Source of the DNA: the human T2T-CHM13v2.0 reference genome, Homo sapiens
DNA: 64,000 nt
Reading direction: 5' to 3' (one strand)
Assembly: GCF_009914755.1 (NCBI RefSeq)
Contig: NC_060946.1
Shown: piece after piece, positions 26,621 to 55,339 of the stretch
How the letters are laid out: the number at the start of each line of letters is the position of its first letter
Position numbering within the stretch: the stretch's first letter is position 1
Made by a program: the position numbers and the translations under genes
Notes under the pieces: generated by a model
Seen by the model: only the letters and a program-made list of their open reading frames with translations
Database searches by the model: none
What the model was told of the DNA's origin: nothing

Positions 26621-27678
26621 AAAACAAAAACTAAATTAACATAGTCTCTAAAAGGTTTTTTGCAGGAGTCCTCGGGAGTGTGGCGTATGGAAGAGCTTCA
26701 GTAGTCTTCACTCCTACTGCTGGGGAATCCCATTCTGTCTCCTGGAGGCAAGGGAACCTGGGTCAGAACCTGATCTGTGCACTTTCTCTGGTCTAAAACT
26801 TAAGAGGTGTTTTTGACTAATTTCCTCTCCTGCAGCCTGTATGGCCAAGCCAGGTTCCTGATGCTATCTTTGCAGCTTCTCATCACCCATTGCTCTGACT
26901 TCCCACTGGTGCAAAGCTAATCTTTGCCCTCGTTACCTCATTCCTGGCTTTTGCAAGTATCCTAAAATAGCTTCACTGCTTTCAATATGTCTCTCTTAAG
27001 TCCTTCCTGGCCCTAGGCAACCTACCCGAGCTGTTTCCCAATCTTCTCTAACAAACATTCTCCACTGAAGATAGCCTTGTTTAGTCCACCCCACAAGCAC
27101 GCCTGCCCAATCCTGTCTCTGCCTGTCCCTTTGTTGATGTTGTTCCCCATATCTGAAATGCCTTTCCGCCTCCTCTCCTGGCTATCCGGACCTCACCTCT
27201 AGTTTAAGTTCAGCTCAGATTTCACCTTCACCATGAGCTTTCCTCCAGCAACTCTAAGCCACGGTCATTGCTCCCTTTCGGTATCCCATAGCACTTACTT
27301 ATAGAATCAAAGAGCTGAGAGGAATCTCAGTAGGCAATAAAATCAAAACATTGATTTTACCAAATGAGATTAAGCGATCTCTCCAAGGTTACCTTGTTCG
27401 GGTAGCAAGTGATAAGCAGGAACCAAGCCTCCCAGCTCCTGGTCCAGTGTTCTGTCACAGACATTATGCCATCTCTCCTCCACTTGCCTTTACATTTCAC
27501 AGGAATTTGCTTGTATTATTTACATTCATTCCATGGAACAAAGTTGTATCTCCCTATACAATAGATTGAAAGCCTCTCTTGAGATTAAAAACCATGCCTT
27601 TTACTTCTTTAATATTCTCACAGCAAATATTACACACTCAAAAAATCTTTGTTGTATTAATTTTTTAAAAAATTTTGG

Positions 27679-33370
<5,692 letters not shown>

Positions 33371-34429
33371 ATTTTGTTTTCTACAATACTGTGTTTTAGT
33401 TTATTTCTATATCTCTACAATTAGTATGTATTGTTTTTCCATTAAAATTTATCTTTTTCCATATAAAGGTAACACATAATCGTAATAGAATATTTGAGAA
33501 ATGCACAAAAATAGAAAGAAGGTTGAGGAGGTGGCCATCGTTGTCATATAGCCCAAAGACAAACAATATTTTTACTATATTTCCTTAATAATAGTTACTT
33601 AAAAAAATTTACTGTGTGCCAGGAATACTTTGCTTATTTAATCCTCACAACACTATGAAGAAGTATTATTTTACCTATTTTAAAGATTAGTGCTCTGCCT
33701 TGCATAATTTTTTTTTTTTGGAGATGGAGTCTTGCTCCATCGCCCAAGCTAGGATGCAGTAGCGTGGTCTCTGCTACTGCAATTTCCACCTCCCAGGTTC
33801 AAGCAATTCTCCTGCCTCAGCCTCCTGAGTTGCTGGGACTAGAGGAGTGTGCCACTACGCCTGGCTAATTTTTGTATGTTTAGTAGAGACGGGGTTTCAC
33901 CATGTTAGCCAGGCTGGTCTCGAACTCCTGACTGCAATCTGCCCACCTCAGCCTCCCAAAGTGCTGGGATTACAGGCTTGAGCCACCGTGCCCGGCCACA
34001 CAAATATTTTTTAATAAAAATAAAATTATATATATAATTTTGTATTCTTTTCCCCTTAATGTAATGACATGAGCATTTTTATGGGTGATTTCAAAATTTT
34101 TCTTGTTTATACATTTCTGTATTTCTAAAGTCTCTCATATGAGACTGAAAAATCATAATTGTTTTTGGCAGAGCCAATTAGCACATTTAACATGACTTTT
34201 CTCCAGCGACAACAATGCAGCATCATCTCATCAGCCTCTTCCTGTAGGTGCTATTTTCCAGTGCTTTTCTGAAGCTTCTTTACATTCTCTACATGATACT
34301 GGCATGTGGCACCTTTATTCTGACAGCAGTGAAGGCCTGTTTAATGCAGGCTGAAAGGGTCATCTTCTAGTAGGCAAATATAAAATTGTGTAATCAAATC
34401 CCAAAAACCAATTACAGAAAAGTAGTTGA

Positions 34430-34759
<330 letters not shown>

Positions 34760-34982
34760 TGACTGTTTATTTTTAAATTGGGGGGTTTCTGTTGTCTCTG
34801 GACTCAATATGAACCAATGGTGTGATGAGCTGCCAAAACCCTAATGCTAGCTTGGTTGTCTTAAGATAAACATGCTTATCAGCTCAAGGGAAGGAAGCAA
34901 CACTGTCATACTGGGCGTTGGTGAAATAACTTTTGCTTTGTTTTGTTAGGTACAATCCCAAGAAGAACCTTGAGAAGGCTCA

Positions 34983-35447
<465 letters not shown>

Positions 35448-35690
35448 TTAGTTCTTGGCCCCCCTCCCTTCCCATGTCCTCCCTGGGGAGCCTCCCGAAG
35501 GGCTTGCTACACCCTGCTGGCTCCCGCACCACGTCCACTGGGACCTCCCTGCTGGTCCTGTGCATCCGGCTGGTCATCAGCTCATCGTGCCTCAGGGTTA
35601 CAACGTGTATACCTGCTTGCTTCAACTTTCTCTGAAGAGCCATAGTCTGGATTTCAGGCAGTGAGGTCATCCCTCGCCCAGTCACGCGAG

Positions 35691-36512
<822 letters not shown>

Positions 36513-37470
36513 CAAGTAATCTAGGACACGTATTTCTCAAGCAGAACACACATCAGTCACCAAAGCCTGTAGGTTCTAGCTGCACAATATTGTCCTGACT
36601 CCTCCTTTTCTTCATGCCCTCTGCTGTTGCCTTCGGTTAGGACCTCACTGCTTCCTGCCTGAATTACTGACTTCAGCCTTTGTGACTTCAGTCTATTTTC
36701 TAACTCGTCTTTCTGACTACAACCTATTTGTTCCCTTTGCTTCTTCAAGCCATTCTCCATCATTGTGCCAATGTTCTAAACGTAAACAGTTTCTATCATT
36801 TTCTTGCTTAAACTCTTTCAGTGGCTTCTCCAAATGTGTCAGCATGAAGCTTTAACTGTGAGCTGAGCACAAAAGGACTTTCCTCACCTGAATCCTGTTT
36901 ACATCTGTAGCCTCATTCTTCTACCACAACCAACAAACATGCTTTGCCCCAGACACTCCGAGTGACGCGACTATTTTATGCCACTGCGCCTCTTAGCTTC
37001 CCCCTTGTCCACCCAAAGGACACATGTCCTTCAAGCTGCACTGAAGCATCTCCGTGTCCAGGAAGCGTCCTCTGGTGTCCTAGCTTAGTGTGGATGTTCT
37101 TTGTCCGTGCTCCCCATAACATATTGTGCCTACATGCAGATCTCTAATCTCTGATTTATTTGTTTGCCTTCCTCTCTAGACTTTAATTGCTGAACTGCAT
37201 GGACCCTGGTTTACTGAACTTCGTAAATCTAAATCTACAGTTGGATACCGTGCGTGGCACAGAAAAGACCTTCAATAAATGATTTCTGGTTTCGTTTTGG
37301 TTTTGTTTTATTTACTGCTTACTACAACCAAGTACTGCTCTAGTTGCTGGATATGCAATAATGAACAATTCACACCTGGGTCCTGCTCTGAATAAATGAA
37401 CAAATAAATATTAAATAAATGAAGTGGGAGTATTTACTTGCAGAAGAGAGAAATCTTAGAGTGGCACTGA

Positions 37471-40240
<2,770 letters not shown>

Positions 40241-40567
40241 AATGCTACTCTGTGCCATTTGTTATGAATTTTAAGGTGAAGACACTATTTTTTACACTTC
40301 ACCATCCAGCCTTTAGCCAGGAAATTTGATTGCAGTTGAGTTTCAAATGGGCACATGAGATGCGCTCACAAGGCCAGGGGACTAATTTGGGGCCTGTAAC
40401 TATTAGAGACATTTCCACAGTTCCCAACCTTTGCAATAGATTGTTTCTGGAGATTTGTCTTTTCTACCATTAATTAAGAAGCTTGCTAACTCCTGTTATT
40501 TAGTCTGGCAGGGATGGGCCATTAGATCAGAGTGTTTTTATTTTTATTTATTTATTTACTACTTTTT

Positions 40568-41430
<863 letters not shown>

Positions 41431-42540
41431 GCAGCCAGAATGTTTTTAGAGGTCATCACACATTAGCTAATGTTTCTGTGGTTTAGGAGGGCACGTCAGA
41501 AGCTGTCTTCTGGACTGACTGCGATTTACCAGGAATGCCATGTTTTTTAGCATGATTAAACCTAACAGCATAATCATATCCATCTCTATGCAAGAATAAC
41601 CACAGTTGTCACAGGGTGCCCCCCATCCTTTTCCTTTTTCACCAACAGGTCTCTTCCTACTAAATGTCCAAAAACCTTTTAGTTTTTCAGCCACGCAAAG
41701 ACAAGAATCTCACAGACTCTGCTTCAGTTGTCGTTAATGAAGATAGAAGGTGATAGGGAAACCTGATTAACTTTAAAAATAATGAAAGTATACACATAAT
41801 AGATTTGAAGTTCATAGGAATTTCTAGGTCTTCAACTCTTACAACAATGCTTAAAACATAGTAACTGTTTAGTAAATATTTATGGGGGAATAATATGAAA
41901 ATTATTATTCATATTATTATTCCCCAAAATATGGGGAAAAATATGATTGGGGAAATCAAATTGGAAAACAATGTCAATCCCACAGTTGTATTCATAAAAA
42001 GGAAAATTTTTTTCTTTCCTTCTTTTTTTTTATTTTTATTTTTTGTGAGACAGAGTCTCACTCTCTCACCCCCATTGGAGTGCAGTTGTGTGATCTCACT
42101 GCAACCTCTGCCTCCTGGGTTCAATGATTCTCCTGCTTCAACCTCCTGAGTAGCTGGGATTACAGGTGCACGCCACCATGCCGGCTACTTTTTGTATTTT
42201 TAGTAGAGACAGGATTTCACCATGTTGGCCAGGCTGGTCTCAAACTCCTGGCCTCAAGTGATCTGCCCACCTCAGCCTCCCAAAGTGCTGAGATTACAGG
42301 CGTGAGCCACCGGGCCTGACCAAATTTTTTCTTTTTGGGGTAAAATAATGAGTATAGCTTATACAGACTAGGACTTTGTGTATTGTAATAAATAAGACAA
42401 ATAGTTTTTACTGTAATTGGTGCAGGTAGCTTTAGGCTATATAATTATTTACTCCTCATCTTAAGTTAAAAGCAAGGGAAGTTAATTTCCATGTTCCTCT
42501 TTTTATTTTTTTTTTTTTTGAGACGGAGTCTCACTCTCTA

Positions 42541-42830
<290 letters not shown>

Positions 42831-42833
42831 TCA

Positions 42834-43410
<577 letters not shown>

Positions 43411-43488
43411 AAAAATAAAAAAAGTGGCCAGGCGTGGTGGCTCACGCCTGTAATCCCATCACTTTGGGAGGCCGAGGCGGGTGGATCA

Positions 43489-43809
<321 letters not shown>

Positions 43810-43893
43810 CTATGTTGACCAGGCTGGTCTCAAACTCCTGGCCTCAAGCGATCCTCCCATCTTGGCCTCCTAAAGTGTTGAGATTACAGGTGA

Positions 43894-44637
<744 letters not shown>

Positions 44638-44645
44638 TAAACTAA

Positions 44646-44948
<303 letters not shown>

Positions 44949-45944
44949 TAGGCGTGAGCCACTGCACTGCACTCAGCCTACAATTTTATTGAAGTTTTTA
45001 TATCCTGGATAAAGATAGCTAACTGTGTTTCTCACCAATTCAAGCCCCGTCTTCCTCATGAAGCATTTCCCAAACATTCTAGCTCACACTAAAAATTTTC
45101 TTCTTTGAGTTCCTTCCTCTAAAAGGAGCAATTGACTAGATTATTTCTAACACTTTATAACTTTAACACTATGTAGTATACTTATAGTCTATACTACACA
45201 GACAATCTTACTATTTTACCAATTGCATTAAAAACTCCCTGAGACCAGAGACTCAATTTTCTACCCAAATGTGTATTTCCATGTTGAATGAAATGAACTG
45301 AAGAAATAACTCAGGCCCAGCTAAAGAGTTTGAGTCCAGATGTGTACAACCCTGGGCACTTTGTCCACCAAAATAATGCGACCTTTAAACTGAGTAGGGA
45401 TGGTTGGAGGCCAAAGGAATGACACAAGGACCTAAAATAATTAAAAAGAAAGAGAAATTTGGATTGTAGCCCTTTTGAAAAGAGATTAAGGAAGAACGCA
45501 TTAAGATTCACCACCTTCTGAATGGCACTGAGAATTGAGATGCTACAAAGCTGTTTGACCTGGTGTCAAGCACAAGGGAAGATGCCACAATGAGATAGGC
45601 CAGAGCTGGACACTCCAGGAATTCAAAGAGGAATTCTGGAACAGAGCAGCATGAACAGGGACTAAGCAACCCAGGAGCAGCAAGAGAGCTGATTCTTAGA
45701 GTTTTTAGACTAGAATTGAACAAAAGCCCTTCAGCAGGACATAAAATCTGGTGAGGACTTTGGTCCTGAATCAAAGTGGATGCCCACGGTAGAAAGGACT
45801 CCCTCAGCCCCATTTTATTCCCACCACTGGGTACTGAGTGAACTAACATTTGTACTAATTTCCTCCATGGCTGCGTGTAGTGTGAGAACATATTTGTTTT
45901 TTGTTTTTGTTTTTTAGTTTTTTGTTTTTTGGTTTTTTTTTTGA

Positions 45945-46103
<159 letters not shown>

Positions 46104-46939
46104 TAGCAGAGACAGGTTTTCTCCATGTTGGTCAGGCTGGTCTCCAACTCCCGACCTCAGGTGATCCGCTGTTCCCGGCCTCCCAAAGTGCTGAGATTAC
46201 AGGCATGAGCCACTGCGCCCGGCTGTGAAAACATATTTGTTAGGATACAGCCCCCAGCTCTGATGCAGGCTGGCTTGAGCCAGAGCACAGAAGCAATACT
46301 CCAGAAAGCAGCAGCCTCCTTTCTCCGGGCTGAACTTCTTTCTCAACCAGGGTCAGGAGGCTTTCAAGCTTGACACTTGGGTTTCACGGCAATAACAAAT
46401 TACCAATCTTAAGGGCCAAAATAAAGAGAGCTGCTCACGTAGGCTTGGTCTCAGGCAGCCTTGCAGCTGTTACTAAAGCACCAGGGAAGGACGTTGAGGC
46501 TTGCAAGCCCCACAAATCCACAGTAATGAAAGTCTCTGTTCTAAGGAGTGCTGAGAGTGCTGTGGCCAGGTAGAAAGAAGAGCCACAGTACGTTAGGCAT
46601 GTTTCCACTTCAACCTGGGCTTTAGGAAAGGTAATTAACTGGAAAAATGCTTATAGAAATTTCTAGAAATGGGAGGACATTGATACAGAGCACAGTGTGA
46701 TTAGCCAAATAATTTCTGACAGATTCTCTATTCGCAGTGAATGATCTTTTCTTTTTTCTTTTTGTTTTTCCTTCTTTCTTTTCTTTTTTTTTTTTTTTTA
46801 GATGGGGTCTCCCCATGTTGGCCAGGCTGGTCATGACCTCCTGAGCCCAAGGGATCTACCTGCCTAGGCCTCCCAAAGTGTGTGCTAGGATTACAGGTGG
46901 GAGCCATCTTTTTTTTTCTTTTCTTTTTTTTTTTTTTAG

Positions 46940-47374
<435 letters not shown>

Positions 47375-47925
47375 TGAATCACTTTTCAAACTTGCTTCAC
47401 AGAACATTCAACGCTGACAAACCTCCCATGGAAGGGGAAGTAATAGAGTGTAAGAACCACAGGGTCCATGGCAGCTTGGAGGGAGAGCAGGACAGAAGCT
47501 GGGAGGCTGTGCAACAGGAAGGAGACCTGAAGATGAGCTCAGATAGCATCTGTGACACGATAAAGGAAAATTTTGTTGAATTCCTTATGACTTACCCTTT
47601 GTTCCTTTACAGCCCATGTTTGCCCTAGATGCCAGGGCAGTGCTGTTGGCCTTAAAGGAAAAAGGATGAACAAATGCCTGTGTGGTTTCACTTATATAGT
47701 ACTCAGCTTGACGCCATGTGAAATGAAGAGGTATGTGGAACTTGGTGATATGAAAATAGAAACCAAAAGCCTGATAACAATACAAGGGAAAAATCAGGAT
47801 CAGGAAACAATCCCAAAAAGGATTATGGAAATCACTGAAAAGTGGAGAAACTAAGTGGAAATAGAAAATCAAGTATACATGAAAGGCTTAAACATAATCT
47901 TAAAATGCGGTGATTAGTTACGCAG

Positions 47926-48080
47926 AGCTGGGTGCAGTGGCACGTCTGCAGTCCCATCTACTTGGGATGCTGTTACCGGAGGATCCCTTGTGCCCGAGGA
48001 ATTCAAGGACACAGCAAGCTATGATTGCTTCTCTGAATAACCACTGTACTCCAGCTTGTACAACATCGTGAGACACCATT
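47926..48080 (+). mobile_element. FAM-like monomer
   Basis: Diverged monomer with gctatgattgcttctctgaataaccactg. Confidence 0.7.
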
Positions 48081-48655
48081 TGAAAAACAAACAAAACAAA
48101 ACACTAGGCCGGGTGAAGTGGCTCACGCCTATAATCCCAGCACTTTGAGAGGCCGAGGCCGGCAGATCAGTTCAGGTCAGGAGTTCGAGACCAGCCTGAC
48201 CAATATGGTGAAACCCCGTATCTACTAAAAATACAAAAATTTAGCCAAGCATGGTGGCTCGTAATCCCAGCTACTCAGGAGGCTAAGACAGGAGAATCAC
48301 TTTAACCTGGAAGGCAGAGGTTGCAGTGAACCAAGATTGTGCCATTGCACTCCAGCCTGGGCAACAAAGCTAGACTCCATCTCGGAAAAAAAAAAAAAAA
48401 ATTAGTCCAAGCATGGTGACATGTGCCTGTAATCCCAGCTATGAGGGAGGCTGAGGCAGAAGAATCACTTGAACCCAGGAGGTGGAGGTTGCCATGAGCC
48501 AAGATCTGCCATTGCACTCCAGCCTGGGCAATAAAGTGAGACCCTGTCTCAAACAAACAAACAAACAAACAAACAAAAAACCCACTAGGCTAGGTACAGT
48601 GGCTCATGCCTATAATCCCAGCACTTTGGGAGGCTGAGGCGGGTAGATTGCTTTA

Positions 48656-48928
<273 letters not shown>

Positions 48929-49736
48929 TCACGTCTATAATCCCAGCATTTTGGGAGGCCGAGGTGGGCATATCATTGAGGTCAGGAGTTTGAGACCAGC
49001 CTGGCCAACATGGCAAAACCCCATCTCTGCTAAAAATACAAAAATTAGCCGGGCTGGTGGCGGACACCTGTAATCTCAGCTACTCAGGAGGCTGAGGCAG
49101 GAGAACTGTTTGAACCCTGGAGGCGGACGTTGCAGTGCACCATTGCACTCCAGCCTGGACGACAGAGTGAGAGTCCATCTCAAACAAAACAAAAAACAAA
49201 CAGCACCCCCCACCCAAAAAAAAAACAACCTAGGTTACATAGTAATAGCAAGGGTGTTGACACTTTACAAAGTATAATCTGCTAAAAATATAAAAATTAG
49301 CCGGGCATGGTGGCGGGCACCCATAATTCTAGCTACTCGGGAGGCTGAGGCAGGAGAATCACTTGAACCCGGGGGCTGGGGGGAGGTTGCAGTGAGCCGA
49401 GATTGAGCCACTTCACTCCAGCCTGGGCAAAAGAGCAAGACTCTATCTCAAATTAAAAAAAAAAAAAAGAGAGAGAGAGTGACTGGTGTTTTCTGTGAAT
49501 GCTAAAGATTAGTAATGTACTACACATCTATTCCACAAGCATTTATTGTGATCAATTATTTGTAGACTGCTCTAAGGGGGCAGGGAGAAAACAGAAGCAT
49601 AGCAGCCCTATAGGCTCTTCTCAGTGGAAGAGCTGTGATTTAGTTAGAGAAAGAGGTGGAAGGGGTGAGTTGGGAGACACTGCAGTAGGCCATAGTGGTT
49701 AGGGAATCCTCGCCTGGAGTCTTTAAAAGCCAATAA

Positions 49737-49987
<251 letters not shown>

Positions 49988-50109
49988 TGATCCACCTGCC
50001 TCGGCCTCCGAAAGTGCTAGGATTACAGGCATGAGCCACCATGTCCAGCCCCAAGAATCAATAATTTAGAGGGGCCAAGTGAGTACTGATTATTTAGGTT
50101 ACTATAGAC

Positions 50110-50325
50110 CAGCACTGCCCAATACAGTAGCCACTAACCACAGTGGTGAATTGAACTGCAAAATGTAACTAGTCCCAACCGAGATGTCCTGTAAATATAC
50201 AATATAGTATACACCAGATTTCAAAGACTTGGCATGAAAAAATAATTTTTTAGTTCATTTTTTTGTGTGTGTTGATTACATGTTGAAATAATAATATTTT
50301 AGATAGATTGGATTTAAGAATATAT
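50110..50325. mobile_element. MER33-like (hAT-Charlie) remnant
   Basis: cagcactgcccaata...tacaccagatttcaaagactt...ttgattacatgttgaaataataatatttt. Confidence 0.72.
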
Positions 50326-50390
50326 CTGGCTGGGCTCGGTGGCTCACGCCTGTAATCCCAGTACTTTGGGAGGCCAACAGGGGTGGATCA

Positions 50391-51043
<653 letters not shown>

Positions 51044-51229
51044 TAGGACTACAGGTGCCCACCACCATGCCCAGCTAATTTTTTTGTATTTTTAGTAGAC
51101 ACGGACATTCATCATATCGAGACCAGGCTGGTCTCGAACTCCTGACCTTATGATCCGCCTGCCTTGGCCTCCCAAAGTGGTGGAATTACAGGCGTGAGCC
51201 ACCGTGCCAGGCCAATTTTTGTATTTTAA

Positions 51230-51358
<129 letters not shown>

Positions 51359-51401
51359 TGAGGCAGGGTCTTACTCTGTTGCTCAGGCTGGAGTGCAGTA
51401 G

Positions 51402-51647
<246 letters not shown>

Positions 51648-51861
51648 TAAAAATTTTAAATTAGCTTGGTGTATAGCCCTCTTTGGGAATAGGGAGTTAT
51701 GGAATGCAGCTCCTTAATGAGAAAAGCTGAGCTGTTCATGAAGGGGTGTCAAGAATTTGTGCCATACTCCCGGGCGCGGTGGCTCATACCTGTAATCCCA
51801 GCACTTTGGGAGGCCGAGGCGGGCAGATCACGAGGTCAGAAGATCTAGACCATCCTGGCTA

Positions 51862-52125
<264 letters not shown>

Positions 52126-52645
52126 CTAACATAATGTTTATACTACACTCTCCTGGTCCAATTTGATTCTGGCACTGAAACAAGAAGTATCCAGGTCAGG
52201 TTGGCAAACAAAGGTAGAGAAAGGGCAATTTAAATAGAAGAGAGAGGCAGCGCACAGTGGCTCACGCCTTGTAACCCTGCTCACTTTGGGATTACAAAGT
52301 GCTGTGATCCCAGCACTTTGGGAGGCCGAGGTGGGTGGATCACAAGGTTCGGAGTTCCAGACCAGCCTGGCCAATATGGTGAAACGCCATCTCTACTAAA
52401 AATACAAAAATTAGCTGGGAGTGGTGCCACGCACCTATAGGCTGAGACAGGAGAACCGCCTGAACGCAGAAGGCAGAGGTTGCAGTGAGCTGAGATCACA
52501 CCACTGCACTCCAGCCTCGGCAACAGAGGGAGATTCCGTCTCAAAAAACAAAAAACAAAACAAACAAACAAAAAAACAAAAAATAAGAAGAAGAAGAAGA
52601 GAGAAGTAGCATGATTCCAAAGAGAGAAAACTGGCTGAACAGTTA

Positions 52646-52990
<345 letters not shown>

Positions 52991-53191
52991 TTATGAAGAA
53001 GCCACACTTTCCTTTGTTCATCTCTTCCAAGGTTCAGTAATAATAAAGCAGAGCACACATTTTTAAATTAATCCTTTGGAAATAACAGTGTATTTCCCAA
53101 AGAAACAATGTCATAAAAAAGGTGGTTAGGCCAGACTCAGTGGCTCACGCCTGTAATCCTAGTACTTTGGGAGGCCAAGGTGGGCGGATCA

Positions 53192-53473
<282 letters not shown>

Positions 53474-53876
53474 CTATCTGGGAGGCTGAGGCAGGAGGAT
53501 TGCTCAGTAAGGTGGCAGTGAGCTATGACTGCACCACTCCACTGCAGCCTGGACAACAAAGGGAGACCCCCTATGTAAAAAAAAAAAAAGGGTGGTTCAT
53601 TTCCCAGATTATCCTCCAGGAACCTATATAAATCCCAACATAGCTAACATTACTTCATATTTTGCAATGGGAAACATAAATATTTTTGCAATATTAATGA
53701 ATAAGCAAAACAGAAAAACCAAACGAATTATTGTGGGATTTTTAAATAGAAAACATTTGATTCAAAGGGGATTATGGAACTCAGGGTCAGAGAATATGAA
53801 AGAATTACTTCTTGCTACTTTTAATACTATCTGAAGTTAATGGCACTGGCTCACAAACAGAAAACAGCACGAATGA

Positions 53877-54083
<207 letters not shown>

Positions 54084-54794
54084 TAGCAGAGACGGAGTTT
54101 CACCATGTTGGCTAGGATGGTCTCGATCTCTTTACCTCGTGATCCGCCTGCCTGGGCCTCCCAAAGTGCTGAGATTACAGGCGTCACCTACCGCCCCGGC
54201 AAACTGTGTGTTTTTAAGGAAGATGATTCAACTAGTGTTTCGAGGGTGAAAGAATGGGCCAGGCTGGAGAAGTACAATAGCACTCCGAATCAAAGGGAGA
54301 AGGGAAGAAGGGTGAGTGGCCAGCCTATTGGTAGGGGGTCATTAATCTAGATTCTAGGAGGTTAGGCTGGAAGTTAGTCCAGAAAATAGATCCGAGGCAG
54401 TTAAGTCCAAGGGGAGGCGTGGCACAGATGTTCAAAGCAGGGTCAAAGATTCAGGGTATCAATCCTAACAGGGCCAGAGAAGGTCCAAATGGAAAAGCTC
54501 TGGTTGGAGCCCAAACTCGGGGAACTCAAGATTGAGATTTACTGTTGATTCCAAGACACTTGAGACCCCTCAGCTCCTGGGGCCAGGATCCGTTCCAGAG
54601 GGTAGTTGAGGCCAGAGTAGCAGGGTAGGTGGAGGAACTAGGGAAAAAACTGTAGAGACAAACAGAGTTAGAGAATGGTGGGAGGAAATGGGTCTAAAGT
54701 TGGTGTGCTGGGCCACAGAACAGAGAAGACCCTCAGAAGGAAAGGGCAGCAGAAGGGAGGAGGAGCCCTGAGAGACAGGGCGGATCTCCGAGCA

Positions 54795-54808
54795 GCACCA
54801 GGGGGCGC
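54795..54808 (+). promoter_or_regulatory. Candidate CTCF site
   Basis: gcaccagggggcgc is a 13/14 match to the core CCACCAGGGGGCGC, in a locally CpG-retaining, repeat-poor patch. Confidence 0.6.
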
Positions 54809-55071
54809 GTGCCGTTCCCGGACAGTCTTGTTGATTTCCGGGGCTTGGCAGTAGGCGGAGGAGGCAGGAAGACAATGGCTCAGCCTTTAAATTGGGGCTG
54901 GGGTGGTGTTTGTAAACGACATTAAACACACTACCGTACTAAAAGGTAGCCAAATCATCTCATCCCTCTGCTTGCTGGTGTCATTAATATCCTAGGCACT
55001 AATATTACTAGGCTGGCTAGTGGTGACAACTGAGAGGCGAGGGAAGAAGCTTAAACGATGACAAAAGATAA

Positions 55072-55339
<268 letters not shown>

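Noticed and set aside
45300-45880. Unique-looking purine-rich segment (similar ones at ~26650-26950 and ~54200-54700)
   Set aside because: Probably very old LTR remnants, but I cannot assign a family or function from the sequence alone.
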